Assembly: GCA_947628145.1 (NCBI GenBank)
Contig: CANQYU010000002.1
Coordinates: 1-58,795 of the forward strand
Direction: 5' to 3'
DNA from: an uncultured Bacilli bacterium
GTDB taxonomy: Bacteria; Bacillota_I; Bacilli_A; RF39; UBA660
DNA length: 58,795 nt
Within the stretch, counting starts at the first letter, position 1; each line of letters starts with the position of its first letter. A program made the position numbers and the translations under genes. Under the pieces are notes generated by a model, which saw only the letters and a program-made list of their open reading frames with translations, was not told where the DNA came from and ran no database searches. Positions 44,675 through 53,289 of the stretch are shown here, piece after piece.

Positions 44675-45762
44675 ACTCCCCACCTTGCTTTATTATTTGT
44701 TATATATTTGATTAATTCATTCTTTTTATTTTTTATTTTACCACTTATTATGAAAAATTCAAGTTCACTTAAAACTATACTAACGGTTTTAGAATATTCA
44801 ATATTAAGAATTTTTACTATTTCTTCCGGAGTTATATTAATATCTTGAAGAGATTTAATAGGAAGATTTTTATATAATTTATTTATAGTACTTTGCGAAA
44901 TATTCATAATTGCTCCGGCTAATTTACTTAAATATAAACCATATTTATAAACTGTTAAGGCAGTAATTTCTTTGGAATTTAGAATTTCTCGAACTTGCTT
45001 AATATTATTTTTTTCAACTTTTGTAAAGGGTAATTTATAACCAATATTTATTTGAGCATACATACCTTCAATATTTTTAACGGGAATAATTGACGTATAA
45101 GAAATTGCTAATAAATTTAATATTCCTATTTCATTTAAAAGACTTAAACCATATTTAACGTTAGAAGAAATTAATATGCGGTCTAATTCTTCTTTTAGAC
45201 GAGTAGAAGATAAAGTTAAAATAGTTTCTTTATGGGTTTTTAAAGCTTGAAATAAATTGTCTTCAATTGTAAAATTTAATACTGTTGCAAGTCTTATGGC
45301 TCGCATAATTCTTAATGGGTCTTCATTTAACTTTTTTTCAAGATTACCTACCATTCGAATTTTTAAATTATTTAAATCTTCGATTCCCTTTAATAAATCA
45401 ATAATTTCCCCTCTTTTATTCATACATATAGTATTAATTGTAAAGTCACGTCTATTTAAATCACTAATTAAATTATTAACATAATTATATTCTACTGGAT
45501 GTCTTTTTTCATATTTTATTTCTTCACGATAAGTAGTTATTTCAAAATTATATTCTTTAATTTTAAAAGATATACCACCAAGATTTTTAAAACTAGCATG
45601 AGGAAAGATATTAATTAATTCTTTAGGCGTAGCATTGGTACAAATATCAATATCAAAAGATTCTTTCCCGACTAGTAAATCGCGAACATAGCCTCCGACT
45701 AGATAAGCTTCATAACCTTTTTTTTCAATGGCATTTAAAATATTTTTGATAATTTTATTCAA
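44671..45762 (-). CDS. cca: CCA-adding tRNA nucleotidyltransferase
   Basis: 363 aa with GGYVRDLLVGKESFDIDI, RRDFTINT and DPLRIMRAIR. Confidence 0.85.
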   Translation of the reverse strand: MNKIIKNILNAIEKKGYEAYLVGGYVRDLLVGKESFDIDICTNATPKELINIFPHASFKNLGGISFKIKEYNFEITTYREEIKYEKRHPVEYNYVNNLISDLNRRDFTINTICMNKRGEIIDLLKGIEDLNNLKIRMVGNLEKKLNEDPLRIMRAIRLATVLNFTIEDNLFQALKTHKETILTLSSTRLKEELDRILISSNVKYGLSLLNEIGILNLLAISYTSIIPVKNIEGMYAQINIGYKLPFTKVEKNNIKQVREILNSKEITALTVYKYGLYLSKLAGAIMNISQSTINKLYKNLPIKSLQDINITPEEIVKILNIEYSKTVSIVLSELEFFIISGKIKNKKNELIKYITNNKARWGV

Positions 45763-45818
45763 ACGTGACCACCATTTAAATTGTAACAGATTGCCTGTTC
45801 ATTGTCTAGAAAAAAAGC

Positions 45819-46679
45819 TCAAGATTTATATTCTTCTATATATTCTTGAACTTCTTCGATTGTTTGATTAAAATTAGCTAAATTAACATTAAACCATTTG
45901 GTTGGTAATTGGTGATTAAACCAAGTATATTGTCTTTTAGCATAATTTCTACTCCGTTTTTTAATTAAGTCTTTTGCTTCTTCTAAAGTTATTTCTCCTT
46001 TAAAATAAAGAAATAATTCTTTATAACCTATAGCTGTATTTAAAGCTTTACAATTAAGGTCTAAAGAATATAAATACTTAGCCTCTTCTAATAAGCCTTC
46101 TTGAAACATAGTATCTACACGACTATTTATTCTTTCATATAATACCTCGCGAGGAAGAGTTAAACCAATATAAATAGCATTATATAAAGGTATACATGGC
46201 TCATTAGTGGTGTTTTCTTTATTTAAAAATCTTAATAATCTTTGCCGGTTATGGGGATGAATATCTAAGTTGGGATTTTTTTTTAAAGCTAAATTATATA
46301 ATTCTTCATTACTGAAATGAGAATAGTCAATAGATGGTTCAGCTTCAGAAGGAAAAACATAATTATATAAAGCAGCTTTTAAATAAAGACCAGTTCCTCC
46401 GACAAAGATAATATTACGGTCTTTATATTTTTCTAATAATTGTCGAGCATCTTTTTGATAATTATAAACTGTATAATTAGTTTCTAAATCGGCAATGTCA
46501 AATAAATAATGCGGAATATTTTCTTTTTCTTCTTCTTTGATTTTGGCCGTGCCTATATTCATTTCACGATATATTTGCATAGCATCCGCATTAATAATAA
46601 TCGCATTTAATTTATGAGCTAGAGCAATACTTAATTTAGTTTTACCTACACCAGTAGGACCTACTATACATAAAATCAT
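45819..46679 (-). CDS. miaA: tRNA dimethylallyltransferase
   Basis: 286 aa with [21 protein letters not shown] and YAKRQYTWF. The ATGA start overlaps the mscL stop. Confidence 0.9.
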   Translation of the reverse strand: MILCIVGPTGVGKTKLSIALAHKLNAIIINADAMQIYREMNIGTAKIKEEEKENIPHYLFDIADLETNYTVYNYQKDARQLLEKYKDRNIIFVGGTGLYLKAALYNYVFPSEAEPSIDYSHFSNEELYNLALKKNPNLDIHPHNRQRLLRFLNKENTTNEPCIPLYNAIYIGLTLPREVLYERINSRVDTMFQEGLLEEAKYLYSLDLNCKALNTAIGYKELFLYFKGEITLEEAKDLIKKRSRNYAKRQYTWFNHQLPTKWFNVNLANFNQTIEEVQEYIEEYKS

Positions 46680-47092
46680 TTTTTAGCCTTAGCTTTAGGT
46701 TTAGTTTCTTTTAATAAATCCCGAATTTCTTCTAATAATAGAACCTCTTGAGTTTTAGCTGGGGCAGCTGGGGCTTTTTCTTCCTTTTTCTTTAAATGCA
46801 TTAATTTGTTAACAACTTTAACAATGATAAAAATACAAAAAGCAATAATTAAAAAGTCAATAACACTTTGTATAAAAGCACCATACTCTATTCTGGTATC
46901 TCTAAATGTTATAGCTAAATTAGAGAAATCTTTACCACCTAAAAGTAAACCAATTATAGGAGTTAAAATATTATTAACTAGACTAGTAACAATAGACGAG
47001 AAAGCACCTCCGACAATAACACCGACAGCTAGGTCCATAACATTTCCACGAGCAATAAATGCTTTAAATTCTTGTAAACTTTTTTTTAACAT
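46676..47092 (-). CDS. mscL: Large-conductance mechanosensitive channel
   Basis: MLKKSLQEFKAFIARGNVMDLAVGVIVGGAF... matches the canonical MscL N-terminus. The upstream ORF extension is ignored. Confidence 0.9.
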   Translation of the reverse strand: MLKKSLQEFKAFIARGNVMDLAVGVIVGGAFSSIVTSLVNNILTPIIGLLLGGKDFSNLAITFRDTRIEYGAFIQSVIDFLIIAFCIFIIVKVVNKLMHLKKKEEKAPAAPAKTQEVLLLEEIRDLLKETKPKAKAKK

Positions 47093-47147
47093 AATTACAC
47101 CTCTTGAATGTATTTTATCATATTTTAACAATTAAAAAAAGACTATT

Positions 47148-47738
47148 TTAGGTAGCCTCACTATAAACAGATATTTGGGCACTAAATTTTTTACCCATAA
47201 TACTGGTTTGACATTCATTACCATTACAAGCATTTTCATCGAGCCATAAATATAATACATGACTGGCAGATTTTTTAGTACTATCAAGATTACCCTCGGC
47301 GACTATATAAGATTCCAAAACAGTGGATGATTTTTCAATTAAAGTACTGGGTAGAGAGATAGTTTCTAATTTGGTTATATAATCACTAGTAGATTTATTA
47401 GTAGAATATTTAATATGAGGTAATAATTCTGGAGAAGAATCATTAAGAACATTTAAAACTACTTTATAACTAGTATTTACAACATCAGTACATGTATTAG
47501 TTATGGTTAAATTATAAGGTTTTAAATTTTGAAAAGCTGTTGCTTGGGACATAGGATAACCTATATAATTTATATATGAAGAATCAGAGATAGCTAAATC
47601 AAAGCAAGCAGAATTTAAAACGTTGGGCGTAGCTTGAACCGCACTAAAAGAAAGGTATGCATAAGTTATACCAGCGGTGGCAAGAACAACCGTAATTATA
47701 GATATAGAAAGTAGTATTATTGTTCTTTTATAATTCAA
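47148..47738 (-). CDS. Secreted SipW-substrate-like protein, paralog A (4 conserved Cys)
   Basis: 196 aa with a TTG start after GGTGATG. The N-terminus ...ATAGITYAYLSFSAVQ shares CF, TNTCT, LWLDENACNGNEC and KKFSAQISV with paralog B. Confidence 0.8.
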   Translation of the reverse strand: MNYKRTIILLSISIITVVLATAGITYAYLSFSAVQATPNVLNSACFDLAISDSSYINYIGYPMSQATAFQNLKPYNLTITNTCTDVVNTSYKVVLNVLNDSSPELLPHIKYSTNKSTSDYITKLETISLPSTLIEKSSTVLESYIVAEGNLDSTKKSASHVLYLWLDENACNGNECQTSIMGKKFSAQISVYSEAT

Positions 47739-47770
47739 AAGGCATCACCAACTTCTCCACTATAATATAT

Positions 47771-47803
47771 ATTATATATTATTTTTAAAGTTTTGAAAAG
47801 TCT
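47771..47803 (-). promoter_or_regulatory. Promoter of paralog A with the shared AGACTTTTCAAA box
   Basis: The minus strand reads AGACTTTTCAAA, with TTTCAA-16 nt-TATAAT. The geometry is identical to 48492-48524. Confidence 0.55.
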
Positions 47804-47828
47804 AAATAGTTACTTTTAGAGAAATTAA

Positions 47829-47848
47829 AAACTTCTTTTTAGAAGTTT
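47829..47848 (-). terminator. Putative terminator after paralog B
   Basis: The minus strand reads AAACTTCT-AAAA-AGAAGTTT followed by TTAATTT. Confidence 0.45.
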
Positions 47849-47850
47849 AT

Positions 47851-48471
47851 TTATTCCGTGGTAGCAACACCCATAGAGGTTAAGACTAAGACTTGTCCTT
47901 CAAAGCTTTTAGTCATAACATCATTTTTGCAAGCATTACCCTCACAAGCATCCGAATTTATCCATAAAAGAAGATTATAACTAGCGCTCGCGCCAGGGGC
48001 TAGAGTGCCCTGTTTTAATAAATAGCTATTAGTAGTCCCAGCCATTTTAGTATTTTCGGGAACATAGCTTTGATAAGTATAAGTACTAGTAGAAAGTTTA
48101 TTGGTAAGTCCGGTAATAGTAGTTCCCTCACTAAATTTATAACTTAAATAATTATTTAAAGTACCTTTAGTATTTAGAACTATATCATAATTTACACCAG
48201 CAGAAGCATTAGCTTCAGTACAATTATTAGTTATAGTAAATTTATAAGGGGTTAGTTTAGTTTTAGCACTATCTTCAGACATAGGATAAGTCGCAGGTAA
48301 ATTAATATAGTCCGAATCTTCTATATTCATTTTAAAACATGTGGCAACTAAATTATTATCTCCGTCTTGGACACTAGAAACAGAATAGAAAGAATAACTA
48401 GTTCCTACGGATATTGTCAATAAAATCATTATAGTTATTATACCTAGTGTTACTCTATACCCTTTTCTCAT
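47851..48471 (-). CDS. Secreted SipW-substrate-like protein, paralog B (4 conserved Cys)
   Basis: 206 aa with RBS AGGTGA. The N-terminus is ...ISVGTSYSFYSVSSVQ, followed by CF, TNNCT, LLWINSDACEGNAC and KSFEGQVLV. Confidence 0.8.
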   Translation of the reverse strand: MRKGYRVTLGIITIMILLTISVGTSYSFYSVSSVQDGDNNLVATCFKMNIEDSDYINLPATYPMSEDSAKTKLTPYKFTITNNCTEANASAGVNYDIVLNTKGTLNNYLSYKFSEGTTITGLTNKLSTSTYTYQSYVPENTKMAGTTNSYLLKQGTLAPGASASYNLLLWINSDACEGNACKNDVMTKSFEGQVLVLTSMGVATTE

Positions 48472-48491
48472 ACTATCACCTATTATTTATA

Positions 48492-48524
48492 ATTATAAGA
48501 TATTTTAGGGAATTTGAAAAGTCT
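48492..48524 (-). promoter_or_regulatory. Promoter of paralog B with the shared AGACTTTTCAAA box
   Basis: The minus strand reads AGACTTTTCAAA, with TTTCAA-16 nt-TATAAT. Confidence 0.55.
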
Positions 48525-48527
48525 TTT

Positions 48528-49946
48528 TTAGCAAATATTTTCAAATATTACTATTTCCCCATCCAGGCTGAAACTTTTAGCTTCCGTTATTTTAACATTA
48601 ACTATTTCGCCAATAGTAGAATTAGGGGCGATAACATTAACTAATTTCATAGTTTCGGTATAGCCACAAACTTTATTTTCCCCTTTTTCACTGGGACCAG
48701 TTATTAAAACTTTAACTATTTTATTTAAGTATTCTTCATTATGTTTAAGACTATGTTCATTAATAATATTATTTAAAGTTTGTAAACGCTTTTCTTTAAT
48801 TTCCAGAGGAATATTATCTTTAATTAAAGCCGCGGGGGTACCCTCACGAGGAGAATAAATAAAAGTATAAGCTCCATCAAAGACACATTTTTTTACGACA
48901 TCTAAAGTTTCGTTAAAATCCTCTTCCGTTTCATTAGGAAAACCGACAATAATATCAGTTGTAATACTACATCCTGGGATAGTTTCTTTAATTCTATTAT
49001 ATAAATCTAAATATTCTTCTTTAGTGTATCTTCGGCCCATAAGACGTAATATTTTAGTACTACCACTTTGAAGTGGTAAATGAATATAAGGCATAATATT
49101 AGGATATTTAGCAATAACATTTAACATTTCAGGTGTAAAATCCCAAGGATGAGATGTAACAAAGCGAATACGAGGAATACCGATTTTAGCTACCTCTTCT
49201 AATAAGTTTGCAAAGTCATAGCCCTCGGATAAATCTTTACCATAGGCATTAACATTTTGTCCTAATAAAGTAATTTCTTTATAACCATCTAATTTTAAAT
49301 TAGTTATTTCTTTTAAAATATCAGCCATTAAACGACTTCTTTGTTTACCTCTAGTATAAGGAACAATACAATAAGTACAGAATTTATCACAGCCATACAT
49401 AATATTTACCCAAGCACTATACTTAGAATCCCGTTTATAATCTATATTTTCGTAAACGTCACCTTCAATAGAATATACTTCAATATTTTGTTTTTCATTA
49501 ACATTTAAAAGCATTTCCCCTAGTTTATTAATATTATGGGTACCAAAAACAATATTAACAAAAGGATATTTTTCTTGTAATAGTTTAGCTACACTAGTTT
49601 GTTGAGGCATACAACCACCAACACATACAATAAGGTTAGGTTTTTCTCTTTTTAAATGTTTAATACGACCTAAAAAGCCAAAAACTTTATCATGAGCGTT
49701 CTCTCTTATAGCGCAGGTATTTAAAACAATAACATCAGCTTCATTAAGATTTAAAGTTTCAGTAAGATTTAAATTATTTAAAATTCCTTTTATCTCTTCG
49801 GAATCATGAACATTCATTTGACACCCATAAGTTTTTAAAAAGAATTTTTGACCTTTAAATTTTGAACTTTTAAGATTTAAAGCATCTTTAATAGTTGGTT
49901 TAGCATTGCTTCTTTTTTTTGCTTCTTGTAAATCTGGTAAATTCAT
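48528..49946 (-). CDS. miaB: tRNA-2-methylthio-N6-dimethylallyladenosine synthase
   Basis: 472 aa with an MTTase N-domain, the radical SAM motif CDKFCTYC and a C-terminal TRAM domain. Confidence 0.92.
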   Translation of the reverse strand: MNLPDLQEAKKRSNAKPTIKDALNLKSSKFKGQKFFLKTYGCQMNVHDSEEIKGILNNLNLTETLNLNEADVIVLNTCAIRENAHDKVFGFLGRIKHLKREKPNLIVCVGGCMPQQTSVAKLLQEKYPFVNIVFGTHNINKLGEMLLNVNEKQNIEVYSIEGDVYENIDYKRDSKYSAWVNIMYGCDKFCTYCIVPYTRGKQRSRLMADILKEITNLKLDGYKEITLLGQNVNAYGKDLSEGYDFANLLEEVAKIGIPRIRFVTSHPWDFTPEMLNVIAKYPNIMPYIHLPLQSGSTKILRLMGRRYTKEEYLDLYNRIKETIPGCSITTDIIVGFPNETEEDFNETLDVVKKCVFDGAYTFIYSPREGTPAALIKDNIPLEIKEKRLQTLNNIINEHSLKHNEEYLNKIVKVLITGPSEKGENKVCGYTETMKLVNVIAPNSTIGEIVNVKITEAKSFSLDGEIVIFENIC

Positions 49947-49983
49947 AAAATCACATCCATAACCTCTATATTATAGCAGATTT

Positions 49984-50628
49984 TTAAACATTATGGTATG
50001 ATAACTTAATAATATAATATAATTTTAAAAGTTCCGAATTAAATGGCTCTTTTAAAGCAGCTAAAATAGTTTGATAAATAAGTTCTATATCGTCAAGTTC
50101 TTCGCCTTTATATTCATAGTAAAGATATTTTAATTTTTCATGAGATTTAGTTTCATATAAGTTATTTAATTCTAAAGTAATTAAATGGATAGCTTCATTT
50201 ATTTGTCTTAAATTATAACTAGCATAAATAGGTTCTATTATTTCATAAGAGATGTCAGTTTCTTTTAAATTATAGGCAACCTCTAAAATATTTAATTCAT
50301 CATCAACTAATAGTCTACTACGACTTATAATATGTCCTTCACCGTTAAATTCTAAAGCATAAGCGTTTTTATTATCGGTAATTAGACAAGCATATTCAAT
50401 TTTTTTGACTAATTTTTTAGAACTTAAAAGAGTTTGAAATTTTATTTCTTCTAAGAAATTGAGGGATACTATAACTTTATTAGAAATAATATCTAAAAAA
50501 GTTTTATGTTTTACTTTATATAAAGGAATTTTTTTAATTAATTCTAAATAATCGGTATCATTCCATTCATAAAAATCATAAATTTTGTCGTCGTTCCAAT
50601 TTAAGATTACGTCGTAGTAATAATTCAT
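49984..50628 (-). CDS. Hypothetical cytoplasmic protein
   Basis: 214-aa ORF with a strong RBS AAAGGTGG 7 nt upstream. No family was recognised. Confidence 0.7.
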   Translation of the reverse strand: MNYYYDVILNWNDDKIYDFYEWNDTDYLELIKKIPLYKVKHKTFLDIISNKVIVSLNFLEEIKFQTLLSSKKLVKKIEYACLITDNKNAYALEFNGEGHIISRSRLLVDDELNILEVAYNLKETDISYEIIEPIYASYNLRQINEAIHLITLELNNLYETKSHEKLKYLYYEYKGEELDDIELIYQTILAALKEPFNSELLKLYYIIKLSYHNV

Positions 50629-50827
50629 TTTTAAGCCACCTTTCTAAAGAAATACCTATTAATATTAAACCTAAAGGAATAAACCAAAATTCTATTTTCC
50701 TACTAATAAAGTGGATAAATTCCCAAAAACTATACCCAATTGTTAAAAGATTAAGATAAATTATTGTAAAGAAAATGCCAAGACTTGTAAAGATTAGACC
50801 TAAAATATAAATAAATAATTTAAACAT
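50576..50827 (-). CDS. Possible small membrane protein (3 hydrophobic helices) overlapping the next gene by 53 nt
   Basis: 83-aa ORF with RBS AAAGGGAAA. The long 3' overlap with 49984-50628 lowers confidence. Confidence 0.45.
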   Translation of the reverse strand: MFKLFIYILGLIFTSLGIFFTIIYLNLLTIGYSFWEFIHFISRKIEFWFIPLGLILIGISLERWLKNELLLRRNLKLERRQNL

Positions 50828-50891
50828 TTTATTTCCCTTTTAAATTTTATTTCTTAACTTAAAAAAATATTATATAATTTAAATAGGTGAT

Positions 50892-51707
50892 ATGATGGAA
50901 ATTTTAATATATATTATTTTAGGTATAATTCAAGGTTTTACTGAACCTTTACCTATTAGTTCTAGTGGACATATTTTTTTATTTAAAAATATTTTTAATA
51001 CTAAGATGTTTAATGATTTAAACTTTGAAATTGTAGCTAATTTTGGTTCATTTTTAGCAATACTATTTATTTTTAGGAAAGATATTATAGATTTAGTTAA
51101 AGCTTTTTTTACTTATCTTTTTAATAAAGAAAAAAGAGCTCAAAATAAAGTTAAATTTAAATATTGTCTATATTTAATTGTCTCAACTATTCCTGTGGGA
51201 ATTGTCGGAATATTATTTAAAGATGTAATTGAAAGTAAACTTACTAATTTAAAGTTTTTAGGTATTGCTTTCTTATTTACCGCCCTAATGCTCTTTTTAA
51301 TTAGAAATAAAAAAGGCCAAAAAGAAGAACAAGATATTACTCTTAAAGATGCTATAATTATTGGATTATTTCAAATGATTACAATAATGCCGGGAATTAG
51401 TCGAAGCGGAACAGTTTTAGTGGCTTGTCTTTTAGTGGGGATGAAAAGAACTACGGCTTTAAAATATACTTTTATTTTATATTTTCCAATTAGTTTAGCA
51501 ACAATGCTTTTAGGAGTTAAAGATTTATTACAAGCTGGTAATTTAAATACTTTATTTATTCCTTACTTTTTAGGAATGAGTGCGGCTTTAATTGTTACTT
51601 ACTTTACTTATAAATGGTTAAGTGAGATAGTTAAAAATGGAAAGCTTTGGAAATTTGCTATATATTGTTTAGCTTTAGCTTTATTTATATTTATTTATTT
51701 TAGATAA
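50892..51707 (+). CDS. uppP: Undecaprenyl-diphosphate phosphatase
   Basis: 271 aa with GFTEPLPISSSGH and MPGISRSG. Confidence 0.9.
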   Translation: MMEILIYIILGIIQGFTEPLPISSSGHIFLFKNIFNTKMFNDLNFEIVANFGSFLAILFIFRKDIIDLVKAFFTYLFNKEKRAQNKVKFKYCLYLIVSTIPVGIVGILFKDVIESKLTNLKFLGIAFLFTALMLFLIRNKKGQKEEQDITLKDAIIIGLFQMITIMPGISRSGTVLVACLLVGMKRTTALKYTFILYFPISLATMLLGVKDLLQAGNLNTLFIPYFLGMSAALIVTYFTYKWLSEIVKNGKLWKFAIYCLALALFIFIYFR

Positions 51708-51729
51708 AAAAATAGTTCGCAAGAACTAT

Positions 51730-52275
51730 TTAATTTTTAAATAAAATTATATTAAATAATAGAAGTAAGGCAACATTAGCAACATAAGTAAATTGAAATC
51801 TTTCACATTCAATAATAGATACTAATAGGTCGGAAGCACAAATGAGCCACCCTTCTTTACTTTTAGGTTTAAATTCTTTAATACTAGCTTTTTCTTTAGG
51901 ATTAATAAAAGGAAAAAGCTTTTTTAAAAGAACTTGGTGGAACATATGAGTTTTAATAGCTTCGGCTTCAATATCACTAACATTAAAATATTTTTTAGCA
52001 TTTTCGGCCGCGGTTACAGGATGTCTTAAATAAGAATTTTCGGGTTTTTCTTTACGAGTTCCCAAAAAGAAATCATGTAATAAACCGGCTCTAGTAGTAA
52101 CTCGACTATCAGCTTTAAATATTTTACTTAATTTATAACTTAATCTAGCTACTCTTAAAGAATGTTCATATTTACTTGTGCCATGGTGTAAATCCTTTTT
52201 AGTTTCTAAAAAATGTTCATTATTTATTATATCTTCTATTAAACTATCAAATTCATTTTTATTAGTCTTAGTCAT
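51730..52275 (-). CDS. HD-domain phosphohydrolase
   Basis: The start follows RBS AGGAGTG. Motifs are HSLRVA and GLLHDFF. Confidence 0.8.
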   Translation of the reverse strand: MTKTNKNEFDSLIEDIINNEHFLETKKDLHHGTSKYEHSLRVARLSYKLSKIFKADSRVTTRAGLLHDFFLGTRKEKPENSYLRHPVTAAENAKKYFNVSDIEAEAIKTHMFHQVLLKKLFPFINPKEKASIKEFKPKSKEGWLICASDLLVSIIECERFQFTYVANVALLLLFNIILFKN

Positions 52276-52342
52276 TAAATCACTCCTAATTGTGACTATT
52301 AACATTATAATAAATTATATTATTTTTGTAAAGGTTAAATGC

Positions 52343-53188
52343 TTATTTTCGATTATGATATTTTGTTAATTCCCGTTTACATGAACGAAGATAAGCTCTT
52401 TCTTCGGGGCTTATTTCTAGCCCTAATTTAATTCGTCTACTTAATGATAAATCTTTACCCGCAAGTTCAGCACTAGTTAAATATTTAGTTGTTCCTAGAA
52501 TTTCTAAGTAAGTTTTAGTAGGATTTAAAGTTTCTTTATAACCTTTTAAAGCTATTTTAAGTAGTTTTAAAGTTTCATATGATGTTAATTTGCTTTCTTC
52601 TTGACCAAAATAAGTTAAAAGCTTAATCATTAAAGATAAAGATACTAATTCGGCAAGTCTTTCTTCTGGGGCTAGTTCATAATTAGCTAAATAAAGATGG
52701 TATTTAGCTAAGAAAAAATTTTCGTCTAGACCTTTAGCAAGGCAAGCTTGTTCCATATCTTCGTCTTGATAAGCAATTTTATAAATTAAAGAAGCAATTA
52801 AAATTTTAGTTTCTAAATTATTAGCTTTGCTTAATATTTGTTCATATTGTTTAGCATGTAAGACTTCATGAATAACGGACTGACTAACTAAAAGATAAGG
52901 ATGAAGAATTGAAGATTTTAAAGATAAATAATCTTCAATATCCCTGGCTCCTTTTTGTAATTTGCTTAAATCAATAATTATTTTTTTAGCATTATAGTTA
53001 TAACAAGCTTCTTCTTTATTTCCCATTTTTCCATCAGTAATGGTGGAAACGAAAGGTTCTAAATTTAAACTAGGAATTATAAGGGCTTCTAATTCTTTTA
53101 AAAAATTAGAGCTAATAGTCTTTCCTGTTTTTAATTCTTGTAAAATTAAATAATATAATTCTAAAGATAATTTTTCATAGTCAATCAT
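52343..53188 (-). CDS. Hypothetical protein with HExxH zinc-metallopeptidase motif
   Basis: The start follows AAGGGG. The motif is VIHEVLHAKQYE. No family was recognised. Confidence 0.65.
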   Translation of the reverse strand: MIDYEKLSLELYYLILQELKTGKTISSNFLKELEALIIPSLNLEPFVSTITDGKMGNKEEACYNYNAKKIIIDLSKLQKGARDIEDYLSLKSSILHPYLLVSQSVIHEVLHAKQYEQILSKANNLETKILIASLIYKIAYQDEDMEQACLAKGLDENFFLAKYHLYLANYELAPEERLAELVSLSLMIKLLTYFGQEESKLTSYETLKLLKIALKGYKETLNPTKTYLEILGTTKYLTSAELAGKDLSLSRRIKLGLEISPEERAYLRSCKRELTKYHNRK

Positions 53189-53289
53189 ATCAAAACCCCT
53201 TTTGATAGAGAAAATTATAGCATATTTTAAAGATTTTGTCAAAAATAGCGAACAAAAAGCAAACAAAAAAAGAAGAAGCTTAGCTTAGG

